Below, one piece after another: positions 23,601 through 35,774 of a DNA stretch of 64,000 nt. Source of the DNA: Rhynchopus sp. YZ270_cl-10. Its lineage: Eukaryota. Within the stretch, counting starts at the first letter, position 1. Each line of letters starts with the position of its first letter. The notes under the pieces were generated by a model that ran no database searches, was not told where the DNA came from, and saw only the letters and a program-made list of their open reading frames with translations. The translations under genes were made by a program, and so were the position numbers. The stretch lies in the NCBI GenBank assembly GCA_964035575.1, contig OZ037845.1:248001-312000 (forward strand), written 5' to 3'.

Positions 23601-26600
23601 GCGTACTGCACAGCGTTCTCCCACGCAGTGAAGCCCGCAGGCAGCGCCTTCCCATCCGCGTCCTCAACCTCCGTTGCGTAGGTCACCCAGTCGTGCGTCT
23701 CGTGCGACACACACAGCGTCGCATGTGCCCACAGCGTCTTCCCGTCCTCAAGGATCGCACGCCCCTCCTCACACCCAAGCTCAACCGCAAATGCGGGGAT
23801 CGCCGTTGCCACACGCACAACCTGTTCCACAGAGGACACCAACCCAACCATGTCGACTGCCGTCAGGGAGACCACGTAAAGCCCGTCTGCAAGCGGCTTC
23901 AGGCAGTGCTGCGACTGTGCGTTTGTCGCCACGGCTGCTGTCTCCACAACCGTTCCAATACTGCCACTCCCACTGCCCTGTTGGCGCACAGTCAGCTCTG
24001 CAGAGCGCACGTTGTGGTCGTCCGTCGCCGTCGTGTCCACGCACAGGTCAGAGCTGTTCGCAGCCCCCTCTGCAGGCAGACCCGCAACTGCCACCAGCAC
24101 CGCCGGGTGCACAGAGTCCGGTGACACACGGTAGCGTGTCGTGCGCTCCTGCCCACTCGCCACACGCAGCGACACAAGCCCGACCCACACGTCCCCGTCA
24201 CCACCGTTGCCACGCGACTCGTTTCCAAAGCACAGCGTTGTCGTGTTTGTCCCTTCTGGTGCTGCTGCACCAGTAGTGCCTGGGAGTGCAGCACCCGCCG
24301 CATCCTCAACACGTGCACGCAGGGTGACATCCCCCAGGTCGTGGGTCGCATTCCACTGCACGCACCACCCGTTCGGCGCAAAGGCGTTCACAAGCATCAC
24401 CGACACATCCTCGTCCGAGACGAAGTCAGTCATCGCAACGTCGTTGACGGCAACAGACAGCGCCGCAGGGGTGGTGTCAACAATCTTCGACTGCGACACC
24501 TTCGCAGACAGGCCTGCGCCGTTCTCGACAAACGCAGTCACGGTGAGCTTCTGTGCGTGCGAGGTCGCCACACGCGCAAAGTACGTCTTCGCGAAGAAGC
24601 CCTCACGCACCACAGCAACACCGACCTGCGAGAACAGCACCCCCTCAGCACCACCGTCAATCGTCAGCGTGATGTCCACCGCATCACTCGAGGGCTCGTC
24701 CCCAGACACAAACACCGTGCACGTCACGTTCTCGTCCTCGCTGCAGGCATACCCCCTCGAGGCACCGCACCCGCAGTCCACGTCGACTGCCGCCTTCGGT
24801 GGCGTCGTGTCCACATCCGCCGTCGCAACAGGCAGCTCGCACGTCGGCAGGCCATCCTTCAGCACACGCACCAAGAGGAACACCTGCGTGTCCTCGCTCA
24901 GCTTCAGCTGCGTCACGTTCGTCGAGTTCGAGAAGTCCAGCGTCTCAGCAAACTGCGTCTGTGTCGTCGCAACCACACTGCAGTCAAAGGGCGCCGTCCC
25001 GAGACAGTACTCAAGCGTGCAGCCGCCAGAAGACACACAGTCATAGGCAGGGATGTCCACTGTCGCAGCCAAGCTCGCCACGTCGGGGTAGGCACGCTGT
25101 GTGAAGGCAACCTCGCCAGAGCACTGGCTGTTCAGAACAGAGGGCGGGGACGCGGCAGAGACATAGGTCCCAGTCCCGTCGGAGCAGGTCACGCGGGACA
25201 CGACCGAGATGCCTTCCTCCGACGCAGAGTCGGTCAGGTTCACCGTAATGCTGTGCTGGCCGGCGAGCAGTGCGCCTGTGTGGTACACCACCGAGGTGTT
25301 CTCCGCGTCGAGGACCGCAAGCGAGCAGGCGTACTGCAGCTCCTCGAAGCGGCTTGGGATCGGGCACGTCCCGTCGTGGTCGACGACCGCCTGCGGCACG
25401 CCCCACACCGCGAGGTACGTGTTGTGCACAGCGCCACCACCTACCACCGCCAGTCCCGACATTGTCCCGTCCACACCCAGCCCTGCCGCATCCGACGCAC
25501 GCACCACCATGCCCGCACCACCAAAGGTAAGCACGTCTGCGTCCACAGCAGGGTGCCCACGCACACCGCCAAAGCGGCCCGTCCCGCACCTTGTCTCCTC
25601 AGCATCATCACCGCGCAGCACCGCGTCCAGCGTGCGCCCGCCGATGCAGTTCCCCACAGTCTGCACGTCCGAGTGCCCGGGTGACGTGAAGAGCACCTCA
25701 CGCAGGGGCAGCGACCGCACCAGGGCCGAGCAGTAGCCAGTGTCGCCGATGATGCGTCCCCTCCCGCTCACGGGTGGCAGGCCCCAGGCTGTGTCCTGGC
25801 ACATCCTGCGTGTTGCTGTTGCTGTCGTTGTGGTGTTCGCACTAATGACCGCAAGCAGGACACGTTCACCCTCACACATCACCTCAACAGCGGTCGTGGC
25901 ACTGGTGCGCACAAGGCGGTGGCCGCTGTCGCTACAGCGGCGCATTGCCTCCTCTGCAGCAGCTCTCGTCAGCACCGTCGTTGCGCCATACACACCCGTC
26001 ACCACGACCTTGTCGCTCAGTGCAGTAGTAGCAGCAGTCGCATTAGCACGACGCACACACGGCAACAACGTCACAGTGAGTCTGTCCTGCGGCACCACAG
26101 CGTCGTGCGCATAGCGTCCGTTCACAACGTCCCCAGCACTCAGCTGCGGCGGCGTCCACACAACAATGCGGCCAGACTCGCGCTGCACATTCCCTGCCGC
26201 ATCCGTCGCTGCGTAGAAGAACTGCACGTTCCCACTGAAGTTCCCGGTCTCGAACGTGAAGACCGTGTTGTTCGCCGCGTCCTGCACCGAGGTCACCGAG
26301 AGCAGCTCCCCCCCGAGGAACGCCGTCAGCGTCTCCGTTGCTGTGTCGTCCGAGACACGCCCAACGGACACAGTCACCACGTTCCCTGCGTGCACCACAA
26401 CAGGGTGGGTCACGTTGTTTGCTGGCGGGGTGAGGTCGACGGTGAAGCGGTGCGAGGTGAGGCAGGTCTTCAGGTTGCCTCCGGTTGCGGTGAAGGCAAG
26501 GGTGTACTCTGCTCCGTCGTCGAGAGGCGTCGCTGCGTCCACGGGGAGGCAGTGCAGGGCACCGAGGACAGCAGGGCCCGTCGCAAGCGTCGCACCAAAT

Positions 26601-29600
26601 GCGTCAGAGAGCGTCGCCTGCGCACCGTGCACACCACACCCCTCCGCCGTCGCAATGAAGCACACCTTGCTCGCAAAGCGCGACACCTCCCTCCGCCCCG
26701 TCGCATCCCCAACATACACACCACACTTCGGTGCCAGCGCCGTCACCCGCACCACATTCCCCAGAGTAAACTCAGACACCTGTCCCAGCTGTGTTGCAGC
26801 AACCCCAACACGCAGTCCCACCTCGGCATGCGACGCAGGCATCGAAAAGCACTGCTGCGCGTCAAATGTAACTGCTTCTGAGGTTGAAGCCAAGGCTGCC
26901 TCCACCGCAGTTTCACCATCAAACAGACGCATGCTCAGTGTCCGTGTCGGCCCAAACCCAAAGTCTTCGGGCTCTGTCAGTGTCACGCAGACCTGCCCCG
27001 AAGGCAGCACACAGGCCGGGTTCGCAACCCTCTCAGGTGCCTGTGTCGCAAAGGTGAAGAAGCTGCCCAGAGGCACACGAGCTGAGCTCCCTGCCTTCCC
27101 CTTCACAGTTGCCTCTGCGTAGTTGCGTCCGACAGGCAGGTCTGCTGCAGTGTCTCCCACAACTACAGAGGCAGTGAAGCGCATGTCACCACCACCAGCA
27201 ATAGGCGTAAGCACACCACGTCCTGTGATGAGACTCCCGTTCGCAAGCTTCACAAAGAACACTGGCTCCGCCTCAAGACCACCAAAGGGAACGTTCCCAA
27301 CACGCGCAGAGAAGCAGAGACGACGCAGGTCAGTCTGAAAGGTGGCGTCATCACCACAGGTCGCAGTCGCCTCAGTCACCTGCGGGACACGGAAGTCAGT
27401 GCGCACACACATGCTGTCCTCAGAAGAGAGCCCAGTAACGCCGACAGTCGTGACAGTCATGTTGTAGGCCTCGCCGTCGGGAAGCTCGCGTGCGACGTCC
27501 CTGATGCAGAAGCGGCGCCCCAGCTGCCCAGACGCAGACGCAACCACGTCCCCGCTGCTGTTCGTCACAGCAACAGTTGTGTTGGCAGAGAAACGCGACT
27601 CGGTCCACCGCACACACAGCAGCGCCGCGTCCGTACGGTACTGACAGCCGTCCGCATCCTTCGGGACGTCGGCAGTCGTGTCAAGCACAGGCACCGGCGG
27701 CCCCTGCACAACATACATCTGCCGCCCAGCCTGCGTCGCAGCACGCCCAGTCGACCCCTCCGCACTCATCTCAACCGTCACCCACCCGTCCGAACAGCCC
27801 ACCGTCGGGACATCCAAGGTCGGGACCGTGCTGCACGTCGTCGCCCCACAGGCACTCCCGTCCGCACCCAGCATGCGCCCGCAGTACTTTGTCACAGGTG
27901 TGTTCGACCCCGGCCACTGCTTCGTCCGCATCGCACTCGAGGCTCCACCCTCAACAAAGGTCGCACTCGAGCCAAGGGCAACCTGCGGCATCGCGCGTGG
28001 TGCCTCGGGCGTCGCTGTCGGGAACTCACGCTTGAAGAGCATCAGTTGGCGCGACTTTGCAGAGAACCGCAGGATCGTGAAGCGGTGCGTCTTGAAGCTC
28101 ACCCGCACGTAGAAGAACCCAATCTTCACCTGAATGTACGCCACAAACGCGTTCACCTCAATCGCAAACGGCACAAGCTCCAGCGGCACAGACAGACTCG
28201 TTGCCAGCGGGAAGCTGCTGAAGTCCACCCCAGCCGTCACAGGGATCGTCACGTCCATCACCACACCACGGATCTCCACCCCGACCTTGGCAATAATCAG
28301 CGAGATCGACGCCTGCGCCGTTACTAGCAGACGCACGTTCGGCCCAAGCCCGGCAGTCAGCTGCTTCTCGGGGAGGTTCAGCCCGACAGACCAGGTCGCC
28401 CCAATCTCGAGCGTCGCCTCCGCACTCAGCTCCAGACAGAAGAACACCACCAGGATGCAGGTCTGCACGCGCGCAAGCAGGATCCGCTTCCCGGGGATGT
28501 CGTTCGTCACAGACAGCTCCGCTAGCGCACTCGCCTCGTGCGCTGAGATCACAGGTCTGTCGATAATCGACTGCCCGGCGAACTCGAACGACAGTCTGTT
28601 CAGCGTCTCCTGCGTCACCTCAAAGGGGAGGTCGATCCCAACCGACTTCCCAAAGTCGAGCACCAGTGTGTAGTGGTCTGCCGTCGCCCCGTCTGCGTAG
28701 CGCACCTTTGCCGCCCAGTTCCCGTCTTCGCCCCTCGCACTCCGCTCAAAGGTACGGTACGCCGACACGTCCCCGAACGCAGCACAGGCAGACCTCGCAG
28801 ACGCGTGCGCCACAACTGCCGCAAGCTCAAAGTTATGCGTGAAGAACGTCTCCACCGCCTCCTCGTCCAGCTCACCCGCCTCCACACCGTCCTCACTCCG
28901 CGCAAAGTTCAGAATATGCACCATCATGCAGGTCTGCTCCCAGGGCGCGTACGTCACATACGACACAGCACTGTCCCGCGTCAGCCAAAACGCTGCCTCA
29001 GCATGGAACATCGCCTCCGCAACAGACGGCTTCGCACCCCCCTTCGCCTGGTACGACCGTGGGATCCCCTCAATCGTCAGGTCAGACCCGGTCCGGTGTG
29101 CAGTCCCGTGCAGGGGCTTTGCCTCCGACGGGTACGACCCGCCCTGTGGCGGGGATGCCGCACCGATGCGTGGCAGCGACCCGGAGCCACGTGCACGCCA
29201 GAAGTCGCAGAGCTGCTGTGCAATTGCCTCCACCACGTCCTGTGCTTCGGAGCGCAGGTGTGTCTCGCGTGCGCCTGACGCAAGGTCCAGGCAGTCTGCC
29301 CCAGAGGCCCGCTGCCACATTGCTTTCGATGATTTTTTCAGGAACGCCTGCAGCTTCGGACTCAGTGTCGTGCTCTGCTCCTCCACAGAGCGCTTCCCCT
29401 GCACAATTGCCTTGAACAGCTTCACTGCCTGCACATAGTCCTTCGTTGTCGCCTTCACCGAGCTGCACGAAGAAGAAATATCAAACCCACGCGTCTTCAG
29501 CTGTGCGCAGATCTGTGCCTCAGTGAGGGTCTCTGTTTTGCTTGGGGTCTCAAATCCAGACTTCTTCTTTGCAGCCAGTACGTTGCTCTCTCTTTCGTCT

Positions 29601-31577
29601 CCTTCCGTCAGCGCGGTAATCACGTCAATCGCCTCCCCCAGTGGCGGTGCCGACAGGGAGAGGAACTTGCCAAGGCGGAAGTCTGCGTCAAAGATCGTGA
29701 ACGTGAAGCCAAGCACCTCAAGCTCTGCAAAGGCGTGCGCCACAGCCTTCGCTTCAAACTCAAAGAACCCGCCAAGGATGTCTGCCGCAAGCTTCGCGAA
29801 GACACCGTATTCGAAGCCCATTGTCACAACAATAGGGCCGCCACCAAGCTTCTTCTCCTTCGACTTCAACGGCAAACCAAAAGTCTTGTCGAAGCTCAGC
29901 AGACTCTCCTGCACATCTGCAGTCCGCCCACAGCGTGCTCCAGCCAGCAGACGCACCAGCTTCTTCTCTGCTTCGTCCACGTGTCCTCTTCTTGTTGTTG
30001 CTGTTGTTGTTGTAGTCACATTCCCTGCAAGCATCCCAGCCTCTCTGCACCCAAAGTCGTGTCTTTTGTGCAGAAGCGACAGTGCAGTTGCGCGTGCATC
30101 CGGGTGTGGGTGGGTCACTGCGTGGTGTGCCAGTGTGTCGCGCACAACAGCGTTCTTTGTGTCGCGCGACAGAACACGCAGGGCCGCACCACAACCAAGC
30201 CCACCACTGCTGCACTGTGCGTCCGCGAACTGCGCTGCGTGGTCGCGCACCGTGTGCATCGGCAGGCTGCGCAGCACGTCGACCCCAGCACGGTGTGGGC
30301 CCTTCAGTACTGCAAGCAGCGTGTCTGCGTGCGCCTGCTGGTCTGCCGCGGCAGAGTGCTTCGCAATCACCGCACCGACCAGGTGTGGCTCCTCCAGTTT
30401 TGTTGTTGTTGTCCCCGCAGCTGTGCTCGCGTGCTCCTCCACAGCGCTCAGCAGTGCACGCGACAGCGACGGCACACCCTCACCCTCCGCATGCGCAGCC
30501 ATCCCCTGCCACACCACCGCCGACAACACGTTCACATCCGCACACCGCACCACAATGCACTGCTCCAGCCTCGCCGTTGCCTCCACTGTCCCTGCCAAGG
30601 CAAGTGCATCAAGAACACGCCGCATGTGGCGAGTGTGCTGTTGTTTGCGTTCATCCTCGTCCTCATCCTCGTGTTGGTGCTCCACACGAGAGAGGTACTC
30701 CTCCTCTTCAATCACAACCACAACCTCCTCCCAACGGTGCGTCATCAGTTCCATCAAAGCGTGCACTGCTTCCAGCGAGTCTGACATTCCCGTGACTAGG
30801 TGGCGCACACGTGGCGCAAGGCTGTCCTCCTCAGGCTCCGCAGCGCTGCGGTGGGCGTGCGTGTGGATCTGTGCTTTCGACGCAGCTTCCGTGAGGGTCA
30901 CGCGTGTCAGCAGGGTTGAGGTTGCTGCTGCTGTACGTGCAGCTGTCGCAGGGGTCGCACGTTCACGCGACAGCGTCGCACATGTTCTGCTGACCATCCC
31001 GTGTCCGTGGTCCTCGTGCGTCGTTGCGTCCGTGCAGATCTCCAGTGTTTTCAGTCCGTGAGCGTCATGTGTCCCACTGAGGGTGTGGCTGTGCTGCGAA
31101 ACCTTGCCCTGTGCGTGCTGCATCTCCTCCTTTGCAGTGCCGTTCCCAAAGCTGTACCACATCGTCAGCGGGCGCAGCATCAGCATCACCTCAAGGGCTT
31201 CAGGTGCTGTGCACTCTGCGCTGTGTCTGCGGAAGGCCGGACCAGCAGGCGAGTCTTCATCGCACACGTGCAGAAGGCATTTGTTGAGGACCGCCGTGTC
31301 CACCTGCTGCGGCATCGAACCTGCCACGCCTTCGAACAGAGAGCGCACGTGCACTGCATGGCAGGACGCCCCAACAGCAGTCAGGTCAAAGTCCGCCCAG
31401 CGCACTCCTCCAGACACCGTCGTTGCGGAGTGGTGCTTCACCTCAGTCTTGCTCTTGATACGCATTCTGTAGTCGACCTCGCTGTGCAGGGGGTGGTCAC
31501 GGTGCGTCACCTCTGCTCCCGACACTGAGGTAGCTCCTGTGCAGAGCACGCACACCAACGCTGCGAGCCACATGTGG

Positions 31578-31608
<31 letters not shown>

Positions 31609-34402
31609 TGTGTGTTGTCATCTTTGCGGCTCTTGTTGTTGTTGTCACTGCCGTGAACAGAACCTGAAGACCACACACAACCACAGTCGCATGAAGCACA
31701 ATGTACAGCGCAAAGACACCCAGCACCACAAGCCCTTCCCATGCAGTCGGGACGCGTGGTGCTGCACGAAGGTCGGTTTCCCCGCCACCAAAGGAAGAGG
31801 CACACCAGAGGAGGCCGTTTGCCCACCAGTGCAGGTGGTCGAGGCCCGCCTCTTGCGGAGAGTCAATGTCGCCGGTGAAGGTCGTCAGGAAGTGGAAGGG
31901 GAGGTACACGAGGTCCATCACCTCTGCCGAGAAGTCGTAGCTGCTGTGTTCCGAGATCAGTGTCCACGCACCCTTCGCGTCACTGCGGATGAGAAGTGTC
32001 GAGGTGGGTGTCAGGTGCGAGACAAACCCGTCCACAGTCTCTGCACCAATGTCCGTCACAGGGGACGCAACCAACACCTCCTCACCTTCACCCTCACCCT
32101 CGTGGACAAGCAGGACGTCACCCAGAGCCACCTCCTGCGCACGCTTCCGGCCGTCAGTTGTGTACACAAAGTGGTCTGGCGACACAACCAGCAGACCTGC
32201 ACCATGGCGCAGACGCGTCATGTCAATAGGGGTTGCATGCGAGTGGTGGTGCACACCGTGCATCGTCGACCATGTGCACACACCCTGCGCAGTGCAGGTA
32301 CGCAGTTCGTCTGCCGACGTCACGTCCGCTGCCATCTTCGGCCCATTCCGTGTCAGAAGCTCTGCCGTGAGAGGGTAGCAGCCAGAAGTTGACGGGATAC
32401 CCAAATCAACATTTATAGGGGGGCAATTGGCAGGCATTGTGCAGGAACGGGTGCTCGCGCCGCCACAGAAGGAACTCGCGACGGGCACGCTGTCACACTG
32501 TCTAGTGCAGCCCATCGTCTGCGTTCCGCCACGACCGACGCAGGTGGGCCTGCAGGTCCCTGGGCGGTCTGCTTTGTAGCCACCTTCGAAGAAGGTACAT
32601 CCGCGACGGAGGGTCAGCTCGGCCTCAGAGGTGCCGCATTGCGCCAGGTTGAAGGGGGTTTTGGGGAGCGTCGTCTCGCATGTGTCCACACAGAAGGCTT
32701 GGCGGTGCTGCGAGCCCGCCCCGCAGATGTTGTCGCAGATGCCGTACTCGGTGTGCGTCACACCAAAGACACGACGCTGGCAGGGGAGCTGCGGCTTCTC
32801 CAGGCCCGCGCAGTGTGTCTCCGCCACAGTCAGCCCCGAGCACGCAGCACGGCACACCATCTGCGACACACCCTCGCACGACGAAGGAGACGTCGCGCCA
32901 GGTGCATCTAGACACACCTCCGTTGCAGTCCACTCGTGCCACTCCCCAACACAGGCCTGCACTGCACGCGGCTGTGTCTCGGGGCTGCACTCGTCCAGAC
33001 CAGTCACCGCCAGGGTGCACACATCGCCACATTGCACACTGCGTGTCTGGACCCCCTCCACACCGCACTTCTTCTGTACAGACGTCGTGCACTCCGAGAA
33101 CTCCCCAACCGGCAGCCAGTCAATCGTCTGCGGCGTGCACGCCACCTCCGTTGTGGGACGGTCTGCCTCAGAGCACAGCGTCGACACCGTCCCGTCGCAG
33201 AGCAGGCATGTCGCCGCCTGTGTCTGCGTGCCACTGCAGGTGCAGTTTCCGGCCGTGATGTGCCAGTCTGCCGGCAGCGAGGTGCACGCCACCGTTTCCG
33301 TCTCGTCTGCCGTCGCGCACGTGTTCCCGCCGTACATCGGCGTGGGGTTGGAGCAGGTGCGTGTGCGTGACATCGTCCCCGACCCGCACGCATTGCTGCA
33401 GGCCCCGAAGGTACCGAACTCACTCAGACCTCCGTGCTGTGCAGGGGGGAACACAAGGAACACCTGCCCACGCACAACAACCACCCCACCGTGCTCAGTA
33501 CTGCACGCCACAGCAGGTGGGTTCGGCGAGGACAGTGGTGTCAACGTCGCAAGCGTCTGCCCACCCGCGAGCAACACATCGTCGCCGATCTTCGCTGTAC
33601 GCAGCTCTGCGCCCTTTGCAGTGTACGTCACTGTCACATCCTTGCTGTCCGAGGATGTGGATGTAGATACAGATGCTGCGTACATTCCACTCGAAAGACC
33701 ACACAGCGACCATGTTGCTGCTGCCTCATCAACACAGGTCAGTCCCACACCAAGGAGGTGCTCCAACCCCTCGCAGGACATCCCCAGGCGCGTCGACGTC
33801 ACACCACCGGCAACCTCCTCAAGCACCGTCTCCTCGCCACTCTGTGCAGCAACGTGCCCGGCCACCATGGCAACCGAGTCTGCACTCAGCTGTCTCATTT
33901 CGTCGGTTGTGTTGGCAGTCCCGGAGCAGACGTCTGAGTAGAGGCTGCGTTCGATGTGGTCGTCGAGGTGTGCTGTCGCGAAGGCGCCTTCGTAAGCAGA
34001 AAAGGCCGTCACCGGGGCTGCCGTACGGAAGGCAGTGAAGGCAACCTCAGTCAGCACACAGTCCGCAGAGATGGCCACAGTGTGCACACCTGCAGCAGAG
34101 GTCGCTGCCATACGCGCACCACCACCCTCGCAGCCAGCAAGACACTGCACCTTCGCACCAAACATCTCTGCACCAGAGGACACAGCACCGCACTGTGTCC
34201 ACCCGCCTGCCGTCTTGTGGTACGCAGCCAGCGTCAGCAGCGGCGCACGCCCCACAACAAGGAACTCCCCGCAGTACGCTGCAGAAGAGGCCGTAGGTGC
34301 GGCACCTGGCTCAAGGTCGAACACCACCGCAGGGGTTGTGTCCGCACACACGCATCCGAGTGAGAGGAGCAGCCCCATCGCGACTGCTGCAGGTTGCAGC
34401 AT
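20633..34402 (-). CDS. Giant (~4589 aa) surface polyprotein: SP, TSP1 repeats, Hog (Hint+SRR), TM, second SP, vitellogenin-like lipid-transfer region, Ig/FN3-like repeats, TM
   Basis: Uninterrupted ORF. ATG at 34402 (MLQPAAVAMGLLLSLGCVCA) follows a polypyrimidine tract and AG. TSP1 motif CSNACGSGTMSRTRTC; Hint motifs G|CYP...LVVSPDH; recurring D.T(P/A)P and A.N.AGL motifs; C-terminal TM at about 20720-20793. Confidence 0.9.
31790..32380 (-). other. Hedgehog-type Hog autoprocessing domain (Hint module plus sterol recognition region) within the giant ORF
   Basis: Gly|Cys junction (Cys codon 32380-32378); B-block LVVSPDHFVY; RAQEVALGDVL; GFVSHLTPTSTLLI; SRR-like ...VYLPFHFL...HWWANGLL (Hh: AFAPLRL...HWY..LL). 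Confidence 0.88.
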
Positions 34403-35160
34403 TGTCCTCGTCCCTTCTCCTTTCGTGTCTCCGCAGACAAAAAACGACAAAAGGAAAAACAAATGAAAAACGGCTTCTCAAAAGAAACAAAAGAGTTTGC
34501 GGGTGTGTTTTACTACGGGATATATCAATTCTGAGGGATTGTTATGGTTGTGTCGGTGTGGGAGGTGGGAGGTGGAAGAAGGAATCTAACAATACAATCG
34601 GTTTGGTGACTACACAATCCGAGTAACACGCAACGAGGTGCAGGTGACAGATGACATGAAGAGCGAGGTCGATGGCACCCCGTAGGCCGCTCAAAAAGCC
34701 AGTTTACCTTGGAACAAAGCCAAAACGACACCTGCAATGCACTGTATACTAAGTGGACAAGCCAGCCGAAGCTCAGTTGAGCAGGAGTAGCTGTAAGAGC
34801 AGTACAGTAGTGAGTAAAATCTCGCAATACTTAGCGGCCCTCTCGAGGTTTACGAAGGAAAGCCACGGAGGTATTTGAAGCTGCTTGTGTGGGTACTGTT
34901 GTCAGTAAGAAATGTGCGTCAGTTAGAGTCGAATGCTTTGAGTGGGAGAGAGGATAAGGGTGAGGTGCAAATGGAAAAGGAAAAGGATTCGTTTTCTTTT
35001 GAGCATGACTTCTTCCAAGAAGGAAAGTGTGCAATTAAACAACAGTATGTCGCACGCTGTATTCCGTTTGTATCCTTTCGAATAAACAAAAGGAACGGCG
35101 TACCCGTGCCACAACGTGACCAAATAAGGCATAAATAACCACAAAAAAAGGAAAGAAATA

Positions 35161-35774
35161 GAAAGAAACAGAGCAAGTTGGCGAGGTAAGTTGTGTAGTA
35201 CAGAACACAGAAAAAGAAAGTTGTGTTGCCAATGTGCAGGTATCTCATGGACACAGACATGTGACAATACAAATAAAAATGCGGAGAATAAAAGCTCAAA
35301 AAACTCAATATCTCCAAGAGCAACAGTCCGCCCATATAAGCAAATGCATGGGTCATGCAATTGCAACATGAGTGGGTTAAGAGTAAGGGAACAGAAACAC
35401 ACATCAGGGTCGGAGCACCACACGAAGGCAACACAAAGCCAAAGTGACAGAAATGTTGCGCAGTGTGGGCGGAGAGTGTGGATGGCAGATATGTTGGACA
35501 TCCCTTCCCCTTCTTGTGTCTCGTGTCTCTCAAACTGAACAAACGAGAATCGAAAACGAATGAAGAACGAAACCCCCTCAGCCACCTTAAAAGAAGACGC
35601 GGAGATGAATATGCGTCTCGTTGTAGCAAAGCCGAGAGTGCAGATGAGTCGGGGATGCAGCACTGACTTACCACACCTCAGGAGTGGTGCGTTTGGGTGC
35701 TTTCTTTCTTGAAAAAATGAAAACCGCGAACGCCGTTATCAAATCAAAAACTCAAGGCTGGAAGGCAGTACGCA
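35161..35774 (-). repeat. Duplicated GST 3' flank (copy of 36671-37290; diverged third copy at about 38150-38462)
   Basis: Near-identical sequence at an offset of about 1510 nt, ending in a 24-nt relic of the GST2 stop region. Confidence 0.9.

Noticed and set aside
31940..32380. Hint domain as a true protein-splicing intein
   Set aside because: No terminal His-Asn plus Cys/Ser/Thr and no endonuclease; it is followed by an SRR-like segment typical of Hog domains.
34919..35674. 251-aa and 246-aa ORFs, and the matching 5' extension of the 435-aa GST ORF
   Set aside because: They lie in the duplicated GST 3' flank, have Phe/Leu/Cys-rich composition from T-rich DNA, and are open in several frames; most likely non-coding.
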